Source: Eledone cirrhosa
Taxonomy: Eukaryota
Assembly: GCA_964016885.1 (NCBI GenBank)
Contig: OZ024760.1
Coordinates: 6,820,001-6,884,000, forward strand
Reading direction: 5' to 3'
Length of the DNA: 64,000 bases
A program made the translations under genes and the position numbers. Positions 54,301 through 64,000 of this stretch are shown in pieces. Position 1 is the stretch's first letter. The number at the start of each line of letters is the position of its first letter. The notes under the pieces are model-generated. The model was not told where the DNA came from. It searched no databases and worked only from the letters and a program-made list of their open reading frames with translations.

Positions 54301-57051
54301 AAACACACTTATATATGTTTGTGCATGTATATGTATGTTTGTATAAGTGTGTATGCATATATCTATAAACACACTTATACAAACATATCTATATGAACAT
54401 ATATAAGTGTGTTTATAGATATATGCATAGATACACTTATATATGTTCATATAGTTATGTTTGTATAAGTGTATGCATATATCTATAAACACACTTATAC
54501 AAACATAACTATATGAACATATATAAGTATGTATGCATATATCTATAAACACACTTATACAAACATAACTATATGAACATACATACATACATATGTGTAT
54601 GTATATGTATGTATTCACACACACACATAAAATCTATAATATATATATACAGTCATAACTGCCCTTTAATCTAAATCGAAACAATTATTTTGCGTTAAGT
54701 TGAACACAAAGAAAAAAATGTACATAATTAATGCAAGTATTAATTTACATAATTAAATTTTATAAACAATCCAAAAGCTTATTTATGCAAGAAATGTATT
54801 GTGTTTATCACAACCTAACTAGGTTGTCGAAATAAAGTATGGGTGTGTGCATGTGTATATACATACACACACACACAACGGTTTGATTTAGGCACAAGGC
54901 CAGTAGATTAAATCGGCACCCAATTAATACGTTACTGGTACTTTATTTTATCAACCTTATTTACCGACCTCGAACGGATGAGAGGTAAAGTTGATCTGGT
55001 CAGAATTTGAACTGAGTGCAGCCAGCCAGAAACAAATAACACAAACATTTTATCCAACGTCCTAACAACTGCCCCTCCGTGTGTGGTGTGTGTGATGTGT
55101 GAGATGTGTGAGAGTATGTGTATATGTTATAGACATAATTACCATTCAAGGAAGAACTTACTGCCTTTAACCTCTTCAGTGCCATAGACAAGATAACCTG
55201 TCCTAACATGTTTCAACTCCTTTTCAACAGTTGATAACTTTAAAATTATGAACTTGTTTCTAACAGTTCATAACTTCAAAGCTAGATGGGGTTACTAGTT
55301 TATTGATGTGATGTTTGTCAATCAAAATAGTCATTTTACTGGGAAAAAAGCTGGCACAGCAACTGTAGCTGTGTAAAATATACATGGCAGTCAACAAGTT
55401 AAATACACAAGTGCCAACAGAAAGACTGTCTGTATCTCCATAGATAGACTTAACCAAATTTAGGAATTTTATGGAAATAGTGAAGGATGTCAATATTTTA
55501 GTGTTCTAGTGTCCTTAATAATATACTTTACCCCCAACACTAGTTGAAGGGATGAAATGGGGTGTGGAGTGAAAAGTTTAAGAAATGTTGTGTGATAGGT
55601 GTGATTAAGTGGTGAACAGTTTTCTACTGAAATTTGAAAAATAAAATTTAAAAAAACAAAAAAAAAAACAATTCACATGAAAATAAAGGGGAGAAGAATG
55701 TTAAGACAAATTTATTGAATGTTTGTTAAAACAGCACAGAAATGGTTAATAATAAACACATATTTATTCTATAGAAAGCTTCTTCTATGTTTGGATGGCA
55801 TAAGAAAGAAGACCAGATATATATATGAGGTTTGACGTACCATTGAGATGGGAGGGGGAGTAAAAACACATGAAAACCCCCAGCAGTCATTTGGAAGATT
55901 TAGTTATGGATAACAAAGAAATTGGTTATAAGGAGTTTAATTAAATTGGCAGCAATTAACACAGTGATAGTTATTATTATTATTATTATTATTATTAAGA
56001 CATTAAATGAATTGTTTCTACATTTGGCACAAGGCCATCAATGAAGGGAAGGGAAAAGTCGATTAAATCACCCCCAGTGTGTAACTGGTACTTTATTTTA
56101 TCGACCCCCGTAAGGATGAAAGGCAAAGCTAACCTTGGTAGAATTTGAACTCGGAACGTAAAGGGACATAATTAAAAGAAATAATAATTGTTTCTACTTT
56201 TGGCACAAGGCCAGAAATTACCCAGTACATTACTGGTACTTTCTTTTATCGACCCCGTAAGGATGAAAGGCAAAGTTAACCTCGGAGGGATTTGAACTCA
56301 AACCATAAAGGGACGTAACTATACTGGAAAGCATGGCGTCCGACTCTCTACCGATACTGCCAATCCACCGCCCTAAAAGAAATAATAATAATGATGTCTA
56401 CTTTAGGTAGAAGGCCGGCATTTTGGCGAGAGGGAAAAGTCGATTAAACTGACCCCAATGTGTAACTGGTACTATTTTATTGACCCCGTAAGGATGAAAA
56501 GCAAAGCTAACCATGACAGGATTTGAACTCAGAACGTAAAGGCACGTTACTATGCCATATATTAAAAGAAATAATAATAATTGTATGCCACAAGGCCAGT
56601 AAATCTGGGAGAAGGGCAAAGTCGATTAAATCAGCACCAGTACTTGACTGATACTTTATCAATCCCAAAATGATGACAAGCATAGGTGACCTTGGAATGA
56701 TTTCAACTCAGAATGTAAAGAGCAAGAACACTCACACAGTGGCATTTTGTCCGATGCTCTACCAATTCTGTGAATCCACACCATCTTTACTTTAATAATT
56801 GTTTCTACTTTTGACGCAAGGCCAGCAATGGGAAAGGAAGGACGCAGGAAATCGCTTAAATCGACCCTAATGTGTTACTGGTACTTTATTTTATCGACCC
56901 TGTAAGGATGAAATGCAAAGCTAACCTCGACAAGACTTGAGTAAAGGGACATAACGATATGCTGTGCAAAGCATGTCCAACACTACCAATTACTGCCAAT
57001 CAATAAGCTGTGTTTAACTGAATATAGTAAATAAATTCTACCTATCTATAT

Positions 57052-57290
57052 CTTCACGCTCAGAGTTGCTGAAGCATGGAACAAACTACCTGCATCAGTT
57101 GTTAGCTGTCGAGACACTGCATCCTTTAAGGCCTCCATGCTTCCCGAGATCCGCCAACACTACAGCTAACACATACACACATGTACTTCCCTGACATTTG
57201 TGTATTATTCTATGTACTTTCTTGACGAGTTGTAGTGCACCTGAGCACTTTACACAATAATTTCATTATTATTATTATATTATTATTATT
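57052..57290 (+). mobile_element. CR1-clade LINE extreme 3' end
   Basis: Near-identical to 9094-9313; another piece at 42946-43120(-). Confidence 0.88.
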
Positions 57291-57294
57291 TCCA

Positions 57295-57475
57295 TAATTA
57301 TTTTTTTTGTGCATAATTTCTGCTTTACCGAGCACAGCTCTGTGCACCTTGGGTATGTGCAGTGTAGTTATTGCTGATGTGCCTATTGTATTGATAGTAC
57401 TTTTTGTAATATGTGTGCAGTGCCTAGTAGTGTTATCTTTTGTATGCTGTATATATCTGTAAGTCCTGGAGTTTT
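57295..57475 (-). mobile_element. R4/Dong-like (RLE) LINE 3' end
   Basis: Minus translation KTPGLTDIYSIQKITLLGTAHILQKVLSIQ* (stop at 57385-57383), matching the QK..LLGTAHILRKVL C-terminal motif of R4/Dong elements. Confidence 0.65.
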
Positions 57476-60400
57476 TTTATTTTTATTATCATTAGGGCGG
57501 TGGATTGGCAGTATCGGTAGAGGGCCGGACGCCTTGCTTTGCAGCATAGAGTTACGCCCCTTTATGATCCGAGTTCAAATCCCGCCGCCGAAGTTAACTT
57601 TGCCTTTCATCCTTACGGGGGTTGATAAAATAAAGTACCAGTCACGCACTGGAGTCGATTTAATCGACTTTCCCCTCCCCCAAAATTGCTGACCTTGTGC
57701 CTATATAAGAAATCATTATTATTATCATCATCATCATCATAAGAACCTTAGGGTTGTGGATTGCCAGAGTTAATAGAGCATTGGTCAAATAGTTAATATT
57801 TGTTCTGGTTCTTTACTTTGAGTTCAAATTCCACCAAGGTAAACTTTGCCTTTCATCCTTCCAAGGTCAATAAAATACCAGTGAAGTACTGGGGTCACAC
57901 CACCACCAAATTACTGGTTCTTGTGCCTAAATTACAAAGAGGACCCACCAGTCATGTCAAGGGCATGACAACCTCCTTAATGTTGGTGATCTACATGATA
58001 AACACAGCCAGTACACACTACAGTGGTTGGCGATAGGAAGGGCATCCAACCATAGAAATCTTGCCAAACAAAAGGTTGGGAGGACCCAAAGTTACGCCAA
58101 CCTCTCCCGAGCACTCGATGGAACGCGAGACCGTACACAAGTGCACAGGTCCCTGGAAGATCAGTGGCTCTGCTTCTGTACTGACTAGGTCGATGTAGGC
58201 CCATCCAACTCTTGCTAGCAGGGAAAGCGAATGTTAAAACAACGATGACTATGAGTCTTAGGTTACGTTAACCCACTAACTGACCGGTCAATTATGCTGG
58301 GGATGTGTTCAGGCCTGGTAGCAAGAAAAATTCAAGTGTCCTTAAAACTGCAAATTAGCTAATTAAGGACTTTAGTTGTAACCCAGTTAACTATCAATTC
58401 CAATCAATCTAAAATATAATTTTTCAGCAATCTAACGAAAATAAATGAAATATCAGGCAGATGCTTCTAAAAGAATTGGACAATTTCAGAAAAGATCTAC
58501 ATTCTTATTCTCAGAAATCAAACATCTTTAAAATATTCCCCATAATTCAATATATCTGACAAGAAACTCAAATGATAGCCTAATAACGGTTTCTGATTTA
58601 GGTAAAGACCAACAATTAGGGGGAAGAGGGAAAGTCAATTAAATCAACCTGTGTGTTATTGGTACTTCAACTCAGAATGTATAGGGCTGTAACTATGAAG
58701 CAAAGCATGTCAGATGTTCTACCGATTACTGCTAATCCATCGCCCTTGATTTTCAGCCTAATAATGGTTTCCAATTTAGGCACAAGGTCAATAAATTTGG
58801 GGGAGAGGAAAGTCAATTAAATTAACCCCAGAGTGTTACTGATCTTTTATCTCAATCCTGTAAGGATGAATGACAAAGCTAACCTCAGCAGGTTTTGAAC
58901 TCAGAACGTAAAACTAAGCTACAAAGCATGTTGTCGATTAAATTGATCCCAGTACTTGATTTAATCCACTTTTCCCTCCGTCGCTCTCAAATTTCTGGCC
59001 TTGTGGGCTATGTTAGAAACAATTATTATTGTTGTTAGTAATAAAACTAAAACTCAGCTATTGTTAGTAATAATATACTAAAATGTTATACTTAGTTGTT
59101 AGTAATAATAAACTAAAATGTTATACTCAGCTGTTAGTAATAATAAACTAAAATAAGTTATACCCTTTTAGTAGTAATAAACTAAAATTTAAAAAATAGG
59201 AAAGTTTCTTCAGCTGTTAAACTAGTTCTTTCTCAGAGTAATAATATTACTATCATTGTTTATCAATAGAGTAGCCACAAGGAACTGGGGAGAGAGGGGA
59301 CAGGGGGGACTGCTGGGGATTTTAAATAGTTTTCACACCCATCATTGTGTTCTGAGTTGCTTTATTTTTCTCATTTCGTTTTGTTTCTTCAGTTTTGTTT
59401 TGTTTTCTTTTAATTAATAAAAATTAATAAAATTAATAAAAAAAAAAATAATAAATAAAACAAGGGTGTGGTGTGGTGTGTGTGTAAAAAGGATGAAATC
59501 ACCAACCAGTAATGCCTTAGATAATTCAAAAGACAATGGATCCATTTATTGGCTAAATGTAGAATTACATTTAAGAACAACAAATTCAGGGCAGAAATCC
59601 ACAAATCATTGATTATTATTAATATTATTATTACACAGAACCAATCTTAGATGATCACTGGTAATTAGTTAGTACGGAGGAGAGCAGACAGAACAAGTTT
59701 GTTTTTGTTGTTTGTTGATTTTTCTGGGGGAGGGTTGCGGTGTTGGTTTTTTTTTTTTCTCTTTTTAAAACGAGCTCTCTGGATACTGACATATTAAAAA
59801 GCAAAACTGAAATATATATAGAGGAATAACAATGGTAATAAATAACATAGTTTTCTTTTTTTCTTTCTTTAAAATAAAAAACGTTAAAGCTAAATTAAAA
59901 ACAAACAAAAAAAGGAAAAAATTAAAAAAAAAAAAGGTGAAGTATGTTATGTAGATTTTAATGTAGTATGGGTGGATATGAGGACAACTTCCAGCCTATT
60001 TTCTAAACAAAAACAAAAACGAAAATGAAAAGAAAATAAAGAAAACTAAAAAAAAAAATAATTTAATCCTAAGAATTATGACAAGTTATTAGCAAAGGCC
60101 TGTCTGTATAAAGTCCAACCAAGAGTCACATTCTTTTAAGACATTTCCTTCCTGTTATATATTTTGTCATTACACAATAGTTTTTATATTTTTTTTCTTT
60201 CTCTCCAAATCACAGAAGCTAAAGACTCCCAAGGGGGGGTGGGGATGGAGTCATGGACCATAAATCTTTTATTTATTATCATTTTTTTTGTTGAATCTTT
60301 TTTTTCTTTTTAAGGGTGTTTGTTTTTAAATCATTTTTTTTTTTTGTTTGTTTAATTAGATGAAAAAGCTGCTAGATAAGTGCAGATGCAGAATTTAAAA

Positions 60401-60606
60401 ACATACAGGCCATCATGTCTGAATACATCCAAGTTTCTAGTGAAAACCTCATCGTTGATCAACGTGGGGAAGCAAAGTTCAAGGGGAAAATTATTTGGCA
60501 AGGAGTGTTGAAACACCATAAACAATTAATCCCCGTTTTCAGTTCATCTTTGCCAATGTCACCCAGTTTTTTTTTTTTTGTTGTTTTGTTCTAATCCAAA
60601 TTTAAT

Positions 60607-60755
60607 TCAAATCTTCTGAATTTTTTCACCTATAACAACAGGGTTATTTTTCCGGATTTGTTCCTGAGCCATCTCCTTATAATCAAATGTACAACTATGC
60701 TTATCCGAATAACGATGAAGACTGCAATAAAGACCCTCACATCGGCAACGGAACC
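60607..60755 (-). CDS. ZFAND5/6: AN1-type zinc finger protein (ZFAND5/6 co-orthologue), last coding exon
   Basis: Minus-strand acceptor ttatttttcAG|; (G)[48 protein letters not shown], i.e. the AN1 finger second half plus the conserved NPVV.EKIQKI tail. No upstream exon was found in the window. Confidence 0.93.
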
Positions 60756-61432
60756 CTGAAAAATAAATAAATATACATATATATCCATGAATATAAAACA
60801 TGTCATATTGTATTCATTTACTATAGCTACAGGCGGTGGATTGGCAGTATCAGTAGAGGGTCGGACGCCATGCTTTGCAGCATAGTTACGTCCCTTTACG
60901 ATCTGAGTTCAAATCCCGCTGAGGTTGACTTTGCCTTTCATCCTTACGGGGGTCGATAAAATAAAGTACCAGTAATGCACTGGGTAATTGCTGGCCTTGT
61001 GCCTAAAGTAGAAACAATTAATTTACTGTAGCTTAACACTTTCATTTCTAAATTTTTAATTTCATGTTTAGCCACGCTCGCGCGCGCGTGCATGATCATC
61101 ATCATCATCATTTTTACGTCCACTTTTCCCTGCTTGCAAGAGTGGGACGGGAACTGATTCTGGCTTGATTTCTACAGCTGGATGCCCTTCCTAACACCAA
61201 CCTCATTTACAGTGAGTGCTGGGTGCTTTTTTGACGTGGCACCTCCATGACCACTTTACAGTGGAATGATAGGGACCCCAGTCCCTATCATCTCATTTCT
61301 ACAGCTGAGTAAACTGGAGCAATGTGAAATAAAGTGTCTTGCTCAAGGAAACAACACATCACCCGGTCTGAGAATTGAACTCACAACCTTTCGATTGCAA
61401 GGCCAATGCTCTAACCACTAAGCCATGTGCCT

Positions 61433-61559
<127 letters not shown>

Positions 61560-63634
61560 CAATGTATGTAAGCCAAATTCTCGGCCTTTTAAGCACTGAG
61601 GACACATATATAATATAAAAATGATATATAAAGAATGGTGCTCAAGTGTGTAGACACTAATAAATAGCTTATAAAATAGAGCAAAGACCCTTAAAAGACA
61701 GAAAAGGCAGTTGCCATTGACTGCTTTGAGGAATTGAACTCCATATCTCGGTTAGATGCTTTAACCATTAAGCTAAGGAGCCATGACACATAATTGTAGT
61801 TTTCTCTGTTTTTTTTCACCACAGAATATGGTCCAATAAGAGGACATATAAGCCCACGCAATGGACAAAAATGAGCATCAACATGTGTTTATATGTAAAC
61901 AGGAAGAGAGAAAGAGCCATAGTGGGAGGGAGGAAACTGTATTCCCTCGGATAGATAGTACAATACAATTGCACCCCAAGGGAAAAAAATGGAGGAAACA
62001 TTGCTGTGAAGAACAGCCAGTAATACCCACTGCAACAGTGACTCCCTCACAGGGGAGGTCTCCATCAGGTAAGATGCACTCTTGATTTAATGGAAGAAAA
62101 CAGCAGTCTAGGGACCAGAAACAAAGGTTTTAATGGAAGAAAACAGCAGTCTAGGGACCAGAAACAAAGGTTTTGATGGTTAACCAGCACAAAAACGGTT
62201 GAAATATTGGTACTTTCAGTACATTTCCCCTCATTATCCTCTGGAGTAACACCTTTGCAATTCTATCTGCTGTGCCCTTGGGGGCAACATCCCCTTGAAA
62301 TGTTGCTCTCCGGAGTGACAGAACAAGCAAACAAGAACATGACCATTGCTTGATTCATGTTGTTACCATTAAGTTCTTAGATTAATATCAACATCAGCAT
62401 TCTTATAAACAATTTTGTATTAAGAACCACGGCTGGTCTCAGCCAGATTGATATCAGAAGACAATATTTAACCCTTTAGCATTTAAACTGGTTGTATCTG
62501 ACCAGAATTATCTCGTCTCTGTTCAAACCGGCTGTAACTGGCTGCTCATACTGATAAAGTATTCTTCTCAAAATAAATAACATCAAAATCTCATAGATTT
62601 GATATTATGTGAGGTAAAGCCTTTACCATGAAAATACAATAGTAAATATATAGAGTAACATAAATGTTAAAAGGTTAACCCTGTAGCATTTACATTACTC
62701 TATATTTACTATAAAGAAATATTTTCTCGGTAAAAACTTGACCCCACATAATACTGAATCCGAGATTTTGATATTTATTTTGAGAAGAATACCTTAACAT
62801 CATTAGTTATGGCAGGTTTGAAGAGAAAGAGGCGAGAGAATTCTGGCCAGATACAGCCAGTTTAAATGCTATAGGGTTAAAGATCACTCTACATAGCCAT
62901 AAAATATCTCCAACATTTAATTCTAAATGACTCAAATACTTACGCTATTATGATGTGATGGCTGACAACTGTAAGTTTAGCCAGTCTCTAATGAGGTTCC
63001 ATCTCCTAAGAGGTTTCTTGTCTCGTTCTTTTGTCAGGTCTAATTTCTTGAGGTCAGTTTTCATCACCTCTGCCCATGTCTTTCTTGGTTACCTTCCACT
63101 CAAAAGCAGTACTTCACTCAACAATCATAATCCATACACACTACATGTCCATACCAACTCAATCTTCTCTCATGCACACATCTTATTCCTCTTGTGCAGC
63201 TTCTCTCTCAGGTCATCCATCTTTCACTAATTATATACATCATCACACACCCAACAATATAATTCGTTTGTCACAAAATATTTTGGAAGATTTTAGTAAA
63301 AAGTAACTTTTCCAATTTTAAGCTGGAAGTTTTTATTTAAAATACGAAACTTAGCCCACAGTAAAACATGGTAGTGCTGGTGCCATGATAAAATGCACCT
63401 GGCCCATTCTGTTAAGTGATGATGCTGGTGACATAAAATGCACCCAGCCCACTCTAAAGTGGTGGTGCTGCCATAAAATGCACCTAGGCTGATTCCACAA
63501 TAATATGTACCCTGTCCACCTTGTCAGGTGGAAGTAGTGGTGCCAAGCGAAAACTTAGTACATGCCATGAAGTAGTTGGCATTAAGAAAGATATCCACCC
63601 ATAGAAACCATGCCAAAATAGAACGTATGGTTGA

Positions 63635-64000
63635 GAGTCACCTGAGCTACCTGTCTAGCCACAGTGTGACAAACCATTTAACCCATGTTAAGCGTCACCT
63701 GAGCTGCCTGTCTAGCCACAGAATGTGACAACCCATCTAACCCATGTTAAGAGTCACCTGAGCTGCCTGTCTAGCCACAGAATGTGACAACCCATCTAAC
63801 CCACGTTAAGAGTCACCTGAGCTGCCTGTCTAGCCACAGAATGTGACAACCCATCTAACCCACGTTAAGAGTCACCTGAGCTGCCTGTCTAGTCACAGAA
63901 TGTAACAACCCATCTAACCCATGTTAAGAGTCACCTGAGCTGCCTGTCTAGTCACAGAATGTGACAACCCATCTAACCCATGTTAAGAGTCACCTGAGCT
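63635..64000. repeat. 59-bp tandem repeat running off the window end
   Basis: gagtcacctgagctgcctgtctagccacagaatgtgacaacccatctaacccatgttaa recurs at 63751, 63810 and onward. Confidence 0.93.

Noticed and set aside
61816-62085. ORFs and a caggtaag donor inside the ZFAND intron
   Set aside because: No AN1/A20 sequence and no matching acceptor or homology to support an exon.

Overview
AT-rich, repeat-dense animal genomic DNA. The (AT)n/(CA)n density and SINE/RTE/Penelope content suggest a cephalopod such as Octopus (inference). Two host genes converge. On the + strand is the 3' part of a ZO-1/TJP1 orthologue: four clear ZU5-domain exons (26650-37619, ending VSVLVDHF*) and three probable upstream phase-2 exons (5561, 12425, 17290). 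On the - strand is the last coding exon of an AN1 zinc-finger gene, ZFAND5/6 (60607-60755). Nearly all long ORFs in the track are microsatellite artefacts. The rest is RTE, CR1 and R4/Dong LINE 3' ends, Helitron remnants, piggyBac/hAT/Tc-mariner MITEs, tRNA-derived SINEs and minisatellites. The most unusual signal is a set of Penelope-like terminal remnants sitting in (AT)n tracts. Several carry type-I hammerhead ribozyme cores. At least six dissimilar families share a 'fold-back hairpin + unpaired tail' layout with a conserved ACTC-N11/12-GAGT stem at the arm/tail boundary. Three long inverted repeats (0.37, 0.9 and 3.4 kb) lie in the ZU5 introns, and one pairs an intact sense-strand hammerhead with its own antisense copy. 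All coordinates and translations were read by eye; no searches or folding were run.
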